Part shown: positions 26,945-36,993 of the stretch, piece after piece | Position numbering within the stretch: the stretch's first letter is position 1 | Layout: every line of letters begins with the position of its first letter | DNA from: Fidelibacterota bacterium | GTDB taxonomy: Bacteria; Fidelibacterota; SORT01 | Assembly: GCA_022571215.1 (NCBI GenBank) | Contig: JACZYG010000010.1 | Span: forward strand, 4,876-68,875 | DNA length: 64,000 nucleotides | Reading direction: 5' to 3' | Notes under the pieces: model-generated | Seen by the model: the letters and a program-made list of their open reading frames with translations, nothing else | Told to the model about the DNA's origin: nothing | The model's database searches: none | Made by a program: the position numbers and the translations under genes

Positions 26945-27047
26945 GTCATTGCGAGGAGTATAACGACGAAGCAATCTCATAATAATCGAAAGATTACACA
27001 AAATACGAGATTGCCGCGTCCGGCTGAAACTCCCGCTGTTAGCGGGA
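26945..27047. repeat. Intergenic repeat element of the gtcattgcgagg…cgaagcaatctc type, plus a GC hairpin
   Basis: gtcattgcgaggagtataacgacgaagcaatctc. Inverted pair gcaatctc (26970-26977) and gagattgc (27007-27014). cacacaaaat sub-motif shared with the 16.1-kb block. Hairpin tcccgc-tgtta-gcggga (27031-27047). Confidence 0.6.
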
Positions 27048-27107
27048 CAAAGACAGCATGATTCAATTTATAAGCTACGAGAAGATGAAATCAGAGACTA
27101 TATTATA

Positions 27108-29354
27108 TTGATGCCCACAACTTTTAATATGAAATCTATTTCCCTTTATATTCTGTTGCTCTCATCAATGCTGTCCACAAACGCGATTGCGCAGGAAATT
27201 GTTGAACTGCAACGGATTGAAGGTTCTATTGTGATAGACGGCATATCCGATGAAGAAGCCTGGCTTTCCATAACGCCATACCCTCTCACCATGAACAGTC
27301 CGATTTTCAAGGGTGAGCCTACCGAATTGACGGAGATAAAGATCGGGTATGATGATAATTTTATATATGCGGCGGGAAAATTTTATGATTCCGATCCTTC
27401 GGGGGTCAGAGGATATTCTTATGAGAGAGACGGTTCAGGTCCAGGAGACGATCATTTCGCCCTGATACTCGACACGTATAACGATAACGAGACCGCTCTC
27501 GGTTTTTTCACGACGCCCGCGGGAATCAGAAATGAAGTTGCAATTTACAATGACGCGGAAACATCCGGACCGCCTCCATGGAACAGCAGTTGGAATACCT
27601 TCTGGGATGTGAGCGTTGTGAAAAATGAAGATGGCTGGTTCGCTGAGATGCGAATTCCCTTCTCAAGCCTGCGATTCCAGGACGATAACGGCAGGATAAT
27701 CATGGGGCTTATTACATGGCGTTATATTGCAAGGAAAAACGAAACAGTAGCCTATCCTGTCATTCCTCCGAAATGGGATTGGGGAAATTTTAAGCCCTCA
27801 GTCGCTCAGGATATTTCTCTCGAAGGAATTTACAGCCAAAAACCGTTATATGTGACACCCTATGGATTGGGAGGAATCGGGCACTCCAATACTCTTAATG
27901 ACGAAGAAACCGAATATCTTTTCGATGATGATCCTACAAAAGAGATCGGCATGGACCTTAAATATAGCATTACGAGCAATCTTACTCTTGACGCTACCCT
28001 CAACACGGATTTTGCGCAGGTTGAAGTTGATGATGAGCAGATCAATTTAACGAGGTTTTCTCTTTTCTTTCCTGAAAAACGGCTCTTCTTTCTTGAGCGT
28101 TCCAGCATATTTGATTTTAGCACGGGAGGTCCGACAAGTCTTTTTTACAGCAGGTCTATCGGACTGACTGAAGATGGCGATCCGGTTCGCATTTACGGTG
28201 GCGCAAGGTTAGTGGGACGAGTCGGCGGCTGGGACTTAGGCGCGATAAATATGCAGACTGCCCAAAGCGGTGAACTGCCATCCGAAAACTTCGGCGTGCT
28301 TAGATTCCGAAGACAAATTATTAACGAAAATTCGTTTTTGGGAGGTATGCTGACATCCCGCATGAACGAAAAGGGTAATAACAACCGGGCATTGGGTATT
28401 GATGGAGCATATAGAGTCTTTGGTGATGACTATTTTACATTCTCTTTTGCGCAGACATTTGATGATACACTGAAGGACGCAGGAATAAGTTCGCTCGATA
28501 AAACCGGTCGGTTGCGTACGTCATGGAAACGCCGTACTAACATCGGATTCGGATACAATCTATCCTACGTCTGGTCGGCGTCTAATTACAAACCGGGAAT
28601 GGGATTCGTTACAAGAGAAGATTTCAAACGCTTCGGGAACGGCATATTTTACGGCAAGCTGCTAAACGAAAGATCCTCACTTTATAATTATATCTTACGC
28701 CTCAACGGTGAACTGTATTTGCAGAATTCGGACAACGTAACAGAATCATCAAATTTTGGTCCTGAACTCTCTTTGTCTTTTAAATCGGGCGCCGCCGCGG
28801 GCTTTTCATTCAACAGGAGTTACGAACTATTAGACGAGATTTTCGAACTGTCAGACAGCGCATTCGTTCCGATAGGAGAATATGATTTCAACAGTGTAGA
28901 GGGTTTCTATAGTTCTCCATGGGCAAGAAAGATAAAAGCCGCCTTCAACGTAAGCATAGGAAGCTTCTATGACGGTACTCAGAGGTCTTTCGGAATTGAA
29001 CCTTCCTGGAACGTTTCACCACATCTTGAATTTGGCGGAGCATATGTTTTTAACAGAATTCGCTTTGATGACAGGAATCAAAAATTCGACGGCAATATCA
29101 TTCGGATTAGAGTAAAAGCCACACTGAATACAAAATATTCAGGAAACGCGTTCTTTCAATATAACAGCGAAACTAAACAGACGAGTCTTAATGTCAGATT
29201 GCGATACAATCCGAAAGAGGGCAACGACCTGTATATCGTTTATTCAGAACTGCTCAATGATGACGATCAAATTTCTACACCGACAGCGCCACGATCCGAA
29301 TCACAATCTCTTTTGATAAAGTATTCTTACACTTTTCAAGTTTTGAAATTTTAA
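27108..29354 (+). CDS. Secreted/outer-membrane protein, CBM9-like N-domain plus DUF5916-type beta-rich domain
   Basis: Signal peptide (MKSISLYILLLSSMLSTNAIAQE, so the likely true start is at 27129). IDGISDEEAW…GYDDNFIYAAGKFYD matches the CBM9-like/DUF5916 family common in FCB-group bacteria. Confidence 0.6.
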   Translation: MMPTTFNMKSISLYILLLSSMLSTNAIAQEIVELQRIEGSIVIDGISDEEAWLSITPYPLTMNSPIFKGEPTELTEIKIGYDDNFIYAAGKFYDSDPSGVRGYSYERDGSGPGDDHFALILDTYNDNETALGFFTTPAGIRNEVAIYNDAETSGPPPWNSSWNTFWDVSVVKNEDGWFAEMRIPFSSLRFQDDNGRIIMGLITWRYIARKNETVAYPVIPPKWDWGNFKPSVAQDISLEGIYSQKPLYVTPYGLGGIGHSNTLNDEETEYLFDDDPTKEIGMDLKYSITSNLTLDATLNTDFAQVEVDDEQINLTRFSLFFPEKRLFFLERSSIFDFSTGGPTSLFYSRSIGLTEDGDPVRIYGGARLVGRVGGWDLGAINMQTAQSGELPSENFGVLRFRRQIINENSFLGGMLTSRMNEKGNNNRALGIDGAYRVFGDDYFTFSFAQTFDDTLKDAGISSLDKTGRLRTSWKRRTNIGFGYNLSYVWSASNYKPGMGFVTREDFKRFGNGIFYGKLLNERSSLYNYILRLNGELYLQNSDNVTESSNFGPELSLSFKSGAAAGFSFNRSYELLDEIFELSDSAFVPIGEYDFNSVEGFYSSPWARKIKAAFNVSIGSFYDGTQRSFGIEPSWNVSPHLEFGGAYVFNRIRFDDRNQKFDGNIIRIRVKATLNTKYSGNAFFQYNSETKQTSLNVRLRYNPKEGNDLYIVYSELLNDDDQISTPTAPRSESQSLLIKYSYTFQVLKF

Positions 29355-29406
29355 GAATCTTCTTACTTTTAGCTATTATCAAATGATATCTGAGGAATAA
29401 TAGCCA

Positions 29407-29440
29407 GAAAACTCCCGCCATCGGCGGTTAGCCCTGACCG
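29407..29440. repeat. GC-rich hairpin repeat, inverted copy of 16341-16361
   Basis: cccgccatcggcgg (29414-29427) is the exact reverse complement of 16348-16361. Flanking gccct(g/a)acc is also conserved. Lies between convergent gene ends. Confidence 0.7.
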
Positions 29441-29461
29441 CACAATTTTATCGGTTATCGT

Positions 29462-31198
29462 TCAGGCGAGCTCCGCCACCCTAAAGTTGTCAGAGTTCGT
29501 CACCTTTTTAGCGGTGATTTCATCTTGTCCGAACAGTTTGTTCCGAACTATCTCAAGGAGTTCCTTTTCAAGGTCAGCCGGCTTGATCAAATAAGTTATT
29601 TTTTTCCTTTTAAGTAACGAGAGTTCTTCTATTGACAGAAATGCTCCCGTAATCATTACGAAATGTTGGATAGGATCAATCTCTTCAATTTGTTTGAGAA
29701 TATCGAATCCCGTCAATTCGGGCATATCCACATCACAAAGCACCAGGTCAGGATTAAACGAATTAAATATTTTTAGCGCATCCTTGCTCCTATTCGTTGC
29801 GCGAATTAAAAATCCTTTTCTGGATAAATACTCAGAATAAAGATCCGTGATATAAGCATTGTCATCTATTATGAGTATCTTTTTCTTCTGTTTAGTTTGA
29901 TATTCCCTTGGAATAAAAACACTAAAGGTGGTTCCGGACCCTTTAGTGGAGTTGACTGCGATTTTACCGCCGTGTAATCCCTCAACAATCTCTTTACTGA
30001 TTACAAGCCCTAATCCGGTTCCTATTCCATCTTTTTTTGTACTGTAATAATGATCGAATATTTTATTTAAATTATTAGGATCAATCCCTATGCCGTTATC
30101 TTCAACATAGGCGGTTACACCTTTTCCATCATTTGAGATAAGCGTTTTAATCTTAATTTCCGCGTTTGGTCTATTCTCCAAGGCATGGATCGCGTTTATC
30201 AGTAAATTCCTGAACACCTGTTCGATCTTACCGGCATCACCGATTATTTCTATCTTCTGGTCAACATATGACTCTGAAATGGAAACATTCTTTAACTGTC
30301 CTAATCCGCTTAACGACTTAACACTGTTATGTATTACCCTTCCTAAATTTATTTTTTCCATTTTCGCGTCAATAGGTTTACCGAGATTCATATAATTTCG
30401 GGTTAAATTAGCGACTTCCGTGGCTTTTTCCACGATCATTTTCAACGATTCAGCAATGCCCGGATCTATTTTTTTCGTCAACTGTACCTGCGCTTGTCCC
30501 ATAATAACGGTAAGCGGATTATTGATCTCGTGAGCAATCTTTGCCCCCATCTCGCCGATAGACGCAAACCGTTCGGCTTTAACCAAATGTTCCCTCAATT
30601 TAGTTTCCTGCTCAAAGGATTTTCTTAAATCATCGTTGATTTTTTGTATCTCGTTATGCTTATCTATTAACTGATTATCCATTCTTTTCCGTTCGGTAAT
30701 ATCATGAATTATCTCGGTAAAAAACCGGCTCTCACCAAACTTCCATTTTGCAAGAGAAAGCTCCAAAGGAAATTCCGTACCGTCTTTTCTAAGTCCAATC
30801 ACCTCCGATATTTTTCCCGTGTTTGGCTCACGACCTTCCAACATCCTTTTACGCGTATTTAAGTGATCTTTTCTGAATCGTTCAGGAATTATGAAAGTTA
30901 AAGGTTCACCGATTGCTTCTTCCGCGCAATAGCCGAATATATTCTCCGCCGCTTTGTTCCAAGAAATTATTTTCCCCCTATCGTCCGCTGTGATGATGGC
31001 ATTCGGGGCTGACTCTATTACAGCGCTGTATTGAACATCATCGTCTCCTCCAAGCGCATGAGAAGCCGCATGTCTTAGAGATTCTGCTTCAAGTTCACTA
31101 TTCCTTCTCTGAAGATATTTTATTTCTTCTTCTAATTCCTGCTTAGTTTTCATTTTGTCTCTCTCATCGTTTTCAGTTTCGTCTCTTAGTTTGAACAT
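29462..31198 (-). CDS. PAS hybrid histidine kinase (coiled coil, PAS, HisKA, HATPase_c, receiver)
   Basis: H-box GAKIAHEINNPLT. N/G boxes (NLLINAIHA, DNGIGI, GTGLGL). Receiver ILIIDDN…LVLCDVDMP…KP. Confidence 0.9.
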   Translation of the reverse strand: MFKLRDETENDERDKMKTKQELEEEIKYLQRRNSELEAESLRHAASHALGGDDDVQYSAVIESAPNAIITADDRGKIISWNKAAENIFGYCAEEAIGEPLTFIIPERFRKDHLNTRKRMLEGREPNTGKISEVIGLRKDGTEFPLELSLAKWKFGESRFFTEIIHDITERKRMDNQLIDKHNEIQKINDDLRKSFEQETKLREHLVKAERFASIGEMGAKIAHEINNPLTVIMGQAQVQLTKKIDPGIAESLKMIVEKATEVANLTRNYMNLGKPIDAKMEKINLGRVIHNSVKSLSGLGQLKNVSISESYVDQKIEIIGDAGKIEQVFRNLLINAIHALENRPNAEIKIKTLISNDGKGVTAYVEDNGIGIDPNNLNKIFDHYYSTKKDGIGTGLGLVISKEIVEGLHGGKIAVNSTKGSGTTFSVFIPREYQTKQKKKILIIDDNAYITDLYSEYLSRKGFLIRATNRSKDALKIFNSFNPDLVLCDVDMPELTGFDILKQIEEIDPIQHFVMITGAFLSIEELSLLKRKKITYLIKPADLEKELLEIVRNKLFGQDEITAKKVTNSDNFRVAELA

Positions 31199-31270
31199 AA
31201 ATTATCTGAGAAAAGGGACAGGGAAAGTAATTCAAAATACACTTATGCTCATCACTTAGAAAATATCCAT

Positions 31271-31294
31271 TGTTTGCAATTCTGAATGCAAACA
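31271..31294. promoter_or_regulatory. 8-bp inverted repeat tgtttgca-N8-tgcaaaca, candidate operator upstream of the tfoX_N-ydeP pair
   Basis: Perfect arms at 31271-31278 and 31287-31294, 45 nt upstream of the GTG start at 31340. Confidence 0.3.
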
Positions 31295-31339
31295 GTAAAT
31301 TATCGCTTAATTCAATATCAATGAAAATCGGTGCTTTAA

Positions 31340-31684
31340 GTGGCAACAAAATATTTAAATCAACTCGAATCACTATTTCAAAAAGTGGAATTAGCGGGAA
31401 TAGACAATATAAAACTCGAGTTTAAACACTTTTTTAGCGGCGCAGCGGTTTATGCGAACGGAAAAATTTGTATCACATTAACGCCTGCAGGATTTGCTTT
31501 GAAGCTATCAAAACCGGATATTGACTCTCTCCTGGAATCGGAAGGAAATAAAAGACTTCGTTATTTCCCAAAATCTCCGGTAAAAAAAGATTATGTGGTA
31601 CTATCGGACAGTATCCTCAATAATGCCAATTCATTGGACAGTTTGATCAGGAAAAGCATCGAACTTGCCGCGGAACAATCATGA
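31340..31684 (+). CDS. TfoX N-terminal-domain family protein
   Basis: FKHFFSGAAVYANGKICITLTPAGFALKL resembles the TfoX_N fold core. GTG start. ATGA overlap with the next gene. Confidence 0.5.
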   Translation: MATKYLNQLESLFQKVELAGIDNIKLEFKHFFSGAAVYANGKICITLTPAGFALKLSKPDIDSLLESEGNKRLRYFPKSPVKKDYVVLSDSILNNANSLDSLIRKSIELAAEQS

Positions 31685-33858
31685 ATAAAAATACGCTGAA
31701 ATATGCGGGAGGCTGGCACAGCATACGTTATTCATTACGGATGGCCAAAAAAGCCGGCGGAATTGGAAAACTGTTTCGGGCGCTAAAAACCCCCAACACG
31801 TGCAAGGCATGCGCTCTCGGTATGGGTGGCTCGTCAGGCGGCATGATAGATGAGGTCGGGCATACGCTGCAAGTATGCAAAAAATCCATGCAAGCGCAGG
31901 TTCAGGATATGCAACCGGCTATAAGCAGCGATTTTTTCAAGGAAAATTCTATTGAAGAGATCGAAAAGCTCAGCGGTTATGAACTTGAATCTCTCGGAAG
32001 AATCGGGAAGCCTTTATATCATGCGGAAGGACAAAAACATTATACTGTTTTAAAATGGAATGAGGCTTTGAATCTGCTCGTTGAAAATTGGCGCGCCTCT
32101 GATGTAAACAGGAGCTTTTTTTATACTTCGGGACGTTCCTCAATCGAAGCGGGTTTTCTCGTTCAACTCCTGGCTCGTCAATGGGGGACGAATAATGTCA
32201 ACAATTGCTCATATTATTGCCATCAAGCATCCGGAGTAGGTCTAACTCTGAGTCTCGGAAGCGGCACAAGCACTGTTGAGCTGCGGGACATAGGCAAATC
32301 CGATCTGGTAGTTCTGATCGGCGCAAATCCGTCAAGTAACCATCCGCGTTTTATGACTCATCTGATGGAATTGAAACGTAGAGGCGGAAAAGTCGTAGTA
32401 ATAAACCCCTTTAAAGAACTTGGTCTCGAGCGATTTAAAATTCCAAGTGACATTCGCTCTTTACTGTTCGGCTCAAAAATTTCCGACCTTTATCTTCAGC
32501 CGCACTGCGGGGGTGATTTAGCTTTTTTAAAGGCTGCAGCTGTTAGAATTTTTGAAAAAGATTCTTTTGACAAAGAATTCGTAGAAAATCATTGTGAGGA
32601 AGAATCTGATTTTCGCTCGGATTTAGAATCCCAAAATATTGGTTCCCTCCTACAGAAATCAGGTCTATCCGAAGCAGAGCTGAATTCATTTTGCGAATTG
32701 GTCACTAATTCAAAACAAACTATATTTGCGTGGGCGATGGGCATCACTCACCATTTGCATGGCTCCGATACGGTTCGGGCGATAACAAATTTAGCGCTTC
32801 TACGAGGTATGATAGGAAAAGAAGGCGCCGGATTACTTCCGTTAAGAGGGCATAGTAATGTTCAGGGGATCGGCACCGTCGGCGTGGTTCCAAAGTTAAA
32901 ACCGGAAATTGCAGAGTCAATATCTTCCGTGATGAATTTTGCGATCCCTTCTCAAGAAGGGAAGGATACTTTCGCATGCATGGAAGCTGCTCATAGAGGC
33001 GAAATGGACTTTGCCTTCATTATCGGCGGTAACCTGTATGGAGCTAACCCTCACCAAAAATGGGCTTCCGAATCATTACATAATATCAATATTATAACCT
33101 ACCTCAGCACTACGCTGAATAAGGGACATCTTTTAGGAAGAGGAAAAAATACGCTGATACTGCCCGTGCTTGCGAGGGATGAAGAAAAAGAAAAAACGTC
33201 TCAGGAGAGCATGTTCAGTTTTGTGAGGCTCTCTTCGGGCGGCAGCGCTCCTCCCGATGAAGAAATACGTTCAGAATCTCAAATACTCTCTCACCTTGGC
33301 GAAGCGTTATTGGGAAATGCTCCCGTTCCATGGAACAGATTGACCGATCACGATAATATCCGTAAATTCATTTCGGAAACTATTCCTGATCTTGAACGGC
33401 TCAAAGATATTTCCAACGGCAGCGAATTTACAATTCCCGGAAGAATAAAACATCAACCTCGTTTCAATACTCCAACGGGCAAAGCTAAGCTCGCAGTTTT
33501 AGAGCCTCCCGACGCGCGACCGGAAAGAGGGAAATTCAATCTTATGACATTCCGATCCGAAGGACAATTTAATACTATAGTCTATGAAGAAGAAGACGTG
33601 TTCCGCGGGGTGGTACACCGAAATGTCATCTTCATGAGCGCGGAGGATATTAGGTCAAATGAGTTACAGGCGGGCAATAATGTCATTGTAGAGAGCAGCG
33701 TCGGAAGTATGAGCGTGGAACTCGTAGAAGGGGCTGTCAGAACAGGAAATGTGGCGATGTACTTCCCTGAAGCAAATGAAATAGTGCCCGGGAAAGTAGA
33801 CCCGAACTCAAAAACGCCTTCGTTCAAACGAACGCAGGTTTCAATCTCTCCCCGTTGA
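31681..33858 (+). CDS. YdeP/FdhF-like molybdopterin (bis-MGD) oxidoreductase
   Basis: N-terminus GGWHSIRYSL…TPNTCKACALGMGG is characteristic of the YdeP subfamily. 725 aa MopB fold with a C-terminal beta-barrel domain. Confidence 0.8.
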   Translation: MNKNTLKYAGGWHSIRYSLRMAKKAGGIGKLFRALKTPNTCKACALGMGGSSGGMIDEVGHTLQVCKKSMQAQVQDMQPAISSDFFKENSIEEIEKLSGYELESLGRIGKPLYHAEGQKHYTVLKWNEALNLLVENWRASDVNRSFFYTSGRSSIEAGFLVQLLARQWGTNNVNNCSYYCHQASGVGLTLSLGSGTSTVELRDIGKSDLVVLIGANPSSNHPRFMTHLMELKRRGGKVVVINPFKELGLERFKIPSDIRSLLFGSKISDLYLQPHCGGDLAFLKAAAVRIFEKDSFDKEFVENHCEEESDFRSDLESQNIGSLLQKSGLSEAELNSFCELVTNSKQTIFAWAMGITHHLHGSDTVRAITNLALLRGMIGKEGAGLLPLRGHSNVQGIGTVGVVPKLKPEIAESISSVMNFAIPSQEGKDTFACMEAAHRGEMDFAFIIGGNLYGANPHQKWASESLHNINIITYLSTTLNKGHLLGRGKNTLILPVLARDEEKEKTSQESMFSFVRLSSGGSAPPDEEIRSESQILSHLGEALLGNAPVPWNRLTDHDNIRKFISETIPDLERLKDISNGSEFTIPGRIKHQPRFNTPTGKAKLAVLEPPDARPERGKFNLMTFRSEGQFNTIVYEEEDVFRGVVHRNVIFMSAEDIRSNELQAGNNVIVESSVGSMSVELVEGAVRTGNVAMYFPEANEIVPGKVDPNSKTPSFKRTQVSISPR

Positions 33859-33884
33859 TTATTTTCGTTGGAATTCTAACCGTG

Positions 33885-34469
33885 TTATAATTTAGATAAA
33901 TCCTCTTTGCGGTTTATATTTATAAAAGGTTCCTCTTCTTCAAAGGTCACTATCTTTATCTTCAGTCCGCTCAACCACCTCTTCATAGACTGATTTTCCG
34001 CAATTGATTTTTTTATAGACGCCATTCCTGATTTATGATAACACGCAACCAAAGGTTGGAGCTCCTCATCGGCGGAAACGGCTACAACAGCATCAATTCC
34101 CTCTTTTTCATAGCTGTCATTTATGGCGCTAAGCAGTCTTGAGATAATGTCGGATTTCATGTTGGGCAGGTCGCAAGCCAGAAACAAACCCCAGCCATCT
34201 GTATCTTCTAATCCTCTCAATATACCGGCTAATGGAGTTTGAACATCAAGGTCGTCATTCAAAATTTTTACGCCCAAACCGTTAAATTCGTTACCATTCT
34301 TCGCGACTATCTTGATTGAGGAAACCAAAGGTGAAAGTAAATTCAACATCCGCTCAATCAGCGAAATTCCTTCAAACTCGAAGAGCGCCTTATTCTCTCC
34401 GAAACGTTTACTATTGCCGCCTGCTAATATGTAGCCGGAAACAGTCCTGAAAAGGTTTATATCTTCCAA
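33885..34469 (-). CDS. mobA: Molybdenum cofactor guanylyltransferase
   Basis: ILAGGNSKRFGENKALFEFEG and LACDLPNM motifs. 194 aa. Confidence 0.8.
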   Translation of the reverse strand: MEDINLFRTVSGYILAGGNSKRFGENKALFEFEGISLIERMLNLLSPLVSSIKIVAKNGNEFNGLGVKILNDDLDVQTPLAGILRGLEDTDGWGLFLACDLPNMKSDIISRLLSAINDSYEKEGIDAVVAVSADEELQPLVACYHKSGMASIKKSIAENQSMKRWLSGLKIKIVTFEEEEPFININRKEDLSKL

Positions 34470-34526
34470 TAGTTAATCCGAAAATTTTGCTGATTTAGTC
34501 GCTCGACTTTTCATTAATAAACACAC

Positions 34527-36947
34527 TCAGATTTTCTGATTATCTCTCGTAGATTCACTCTCAACAGAAGAGTCAGGCTGTAGCAAACCGTTTTGTGAGT
34601 TAATATTAGAAATTGTAAAGGTAGAGCCTTTATTGATTTCACTTTTCACTGAAAGTTCGTAACCGAGAATGTCACATAAAGATTTACTGATTGCAAGTCC
34701 CAATCCGGTGCCTTCGTACTTTCTCGAAGTACCCTCTTCCGCTTGTATAAAAGCTTGAAATATGTTCGATAATTTATCTTCATGAATCCCAATTCCTGTA
34801 TCAATTACCTCTATTCTTTCCACAATTCTCCCCTCTTCATCTGATACTACTTTTATGGTAACGATGCCTTTTTCGGTAAACTTTATGGAATTGCCGATAA
34901 GGTTGATCAATATCTGCTTCAATTTACCGGCGTCGGTTTCAACCGGGGTGAGATTGTCTGTAACTTCCGCAATTAATCGAACATTCGTATTCTCGAGTTG
35001 CCCTTTAATTTCTCTTATAGTCTCATTTACTAATGAATTCAAGGATACGGATGTGATCACCAGGTCCATTCGACCGGCTTCTATCTTTGAAAGATCAAGA
35101 ATATCATTTATAAGTTTTAACAGATGTTTTCCGTTGTCATCAATCCTATTAATGTAGTTCAAGTTTTTCTTACTTATACTTTTGTCTTTATTTTTCAATA
35201 GGATATTCGCGAACCCGATAACTGAATTTAGCGGAGTACGCAATTCATGACTCATGCTTGCGAGGAAATTACTTTTTGCCTGATTAGCCCGCTCTAAACC
35301 TGCATATGCTTTTCTCAGCTCCCGTTCAGCAAATTTTCGCTCGGTTATATCTCTTACTATGGCTTGAAACCCTAAATACTTTTCCCCTTCCATTTGAAGC
35401 GAGACCGTCTGCTCTACCCATTTTAGCTCCTTATTGACTGTTAAAATCGGAAACTCATAAGAAGTTTCTTTTAACAATTCATTTTGCTGTTTTTCATAGT
35501 AGCTCTTTACCGCTTCCCGCCAGTCAGGATGTACTATATCGGTAAACTCCATACCAATCAGTTCTTCTTTGGAATATCCGCTCATTTTCAGACCGGGTGG
35601 ATTTATGTAGGTAATTCGACCTTCATCATCAACGGTGTACACAATGTCGCTGGCTTCTTCTACTATGCTGCGGTATCGTTTCTCGCTGTTAGCCAATTGA
35701 ATTTCAGCTTCTACCCGCTCGGTAATATCTCGCACAATACCCGTGAATATTGTTTTGTCGTTTGATATTATTTCGCTTACTGCAAGGTCCATCGGAAATA
35801 TTGTACCGTCTTTCTTCTTACCTTTTACTATCCGACCAATACCGATAATTTTTTTCTCTCCTGTTGTATGAAAACTATGTAGATAAGAATCATGTTCTGA
35901 GTGATACGGCTCCGGCATTAAGAAATTAATATTTTCCCCAATAATTTCTTCCGAATTATAGCCGAAAATCTTTTCGGCGGCAGGATTAAATGTCTCTAAT
36001 ATTCCATCCCCGTCGATCGTAATAATGCCATCAACAATATTATCCATTACCGAATTAATTTGTTCTTTACTCTCTAATAATGCCTTTTCAGCTAGCTTTC
36101 TATCCAGTATTTCATCATGGAGCTCCTCGTTTGCCATTTTCAGGTCCAACGCGCTTGTTTCCGCTTTTCTGAACAGGAAGAATGTGTTTATCAGCAGCCC
36201 GATTTCAAGACAGATATAACTGGCTATCTTTAGCATATGAGCCGCATCAAACATCGTATCAAATATGACGCCTGAAAGGGACATATACACTACCTGTGAA
36301 AATGAGCCGATTATTAGAGAAATTATAACCCAATGTTCGAATTGATTTGTCTTCCAATATCCCTTTTTAATGTAACCGATCAAAGCCGCTATAAAAAACA
36401 GCGCCGGAATGAATTCTTCCGGTCTGTGGAAGAACAATTCCGGGTAATATGCCCTCGGAAGCGGTACAAACGCGAAAAACAGAAAACTTGTCAGTGTGGA
36501 TATAATCGCAATTAGATACACTTTACCATCTTTTATTCTCGCGTCAGCTCCTAACTTGTCTTCTCTATTCCACGCCCACCAACTCAAGAACATCATAAGC
36601 GATAAGAATAATCTTGAGGCTATCCAACTCCAAGGAATCAGAGAGGGAGGCGGAGAGGGAAAATAACTGTCAAAAAAGGTTGAGGTAACAACAGTATGGT
36701 ATCCATCTAAAAACCCGGTACCGAGAAAACCGGTACCTATGAAAAGAAATGTATTATTTTTTCTTGAATAATATCTGATCAATGCGGCGATGCCCGCAAA
36801 AACCGCTAACAGGGTCGAAGTCAGCTCCATAATAGTATGTATTTGTTTAGTTCCCTGCCAATCAAAATTTTGTAACAATAAAAAACCGAACAATAATGCT
36901 ATCGTGAGTGATACATAGATGAACTTTCTCTTTTTCAGTTCTTTCAT
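34527..36947 (-). CDS. Membrane-anchored (about 8 TM) PAS-PAS-PAS histidine kinase, no receiver
   Basis: Polytopic N-terminal domain. PAS repeats. Classical H-box LASMSHELRTPLNSVIGF. N/G boxes (NLIGNSIKFT, DTGIGI, GTGLGLA). Confidence 0.9.
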   Translation of the reverse strand: MKELKKRKFIYVSLTIALLFGFLLLQNFDWQGTKQIHTIMELTSTLLAVFAGIAALIRYYSRKNNTFLFIGTGFLGTGFLDGYHTVVTSTFFDSYFPSPPPSLIPWSWIASRLFLSLMMFLSWWAWNREDKLGADARIKDGKVYLIAIISTLTSFLFFAFVPLPRAYYPELFFHRPEEFIPALFFIAALIGYIKKGYWKTNQFEHWVIISLIIGSFSQVVYMSLSGVIFDTMFDAAHMLKIASYICLEIGLLINTFFLFRKAETSALDLKMANEELHDEILDRKLAEKALLESKEQINSVMDNIVDGIITIDGDGILETFNPAAEKIFGYNSEEIIGENINFLMPEPYHSEHDSYLHSFHTTGEKKIIGIGRIVKGKKKDGTIFPMDLAVSEIISNDKTIFTGIVRDITERVEAEIQLANSEKRYRSIVEEASDIVYTVDDEGRITYINPPGLKMSGYSKEELIGMEFTDIVHPDWREAVKSYYEKQQNELLKETSYEFPILTVNKELKWVEQTVSLQMEGEKYLGFQAIVRDITERKFAERELRKAYAGLERANQAKSNFLASMSHELRTPLNSVIGFANILLKNKDKSISKKNLNYINRIDDNGKHLLKLINDILDLSKIEAGRMDLVITSVSLNSLVNETIREIKGQLENTNVRLIAEVTDNLTPVETDAGKLKQILINLIGNSIKFTEKGIVTIKVVSDEEGRIVERIEVIDTGIGIHEDKLSNIFQAFIQAEEGTSRKYEGTGLGLAISKSLCDILGYELSVKSEINKGSTFTISNINSQNGLLQPDSSVESESTRDNQKI

Positions 36948-36993
36948 AATATTCAGTATGGTCTGTTTAATTTTTGCGTGACGATTATTTATT

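Noticed and set aside
31681-33858. Selenocysteine (in-frame TGA) recoding in the FdhF/YdeP-like molybdoenzyme.
   Set aside because: The ORF is uninterrupted over its full 725 codons, and the expected active-site region needs no stop-codon read-through.
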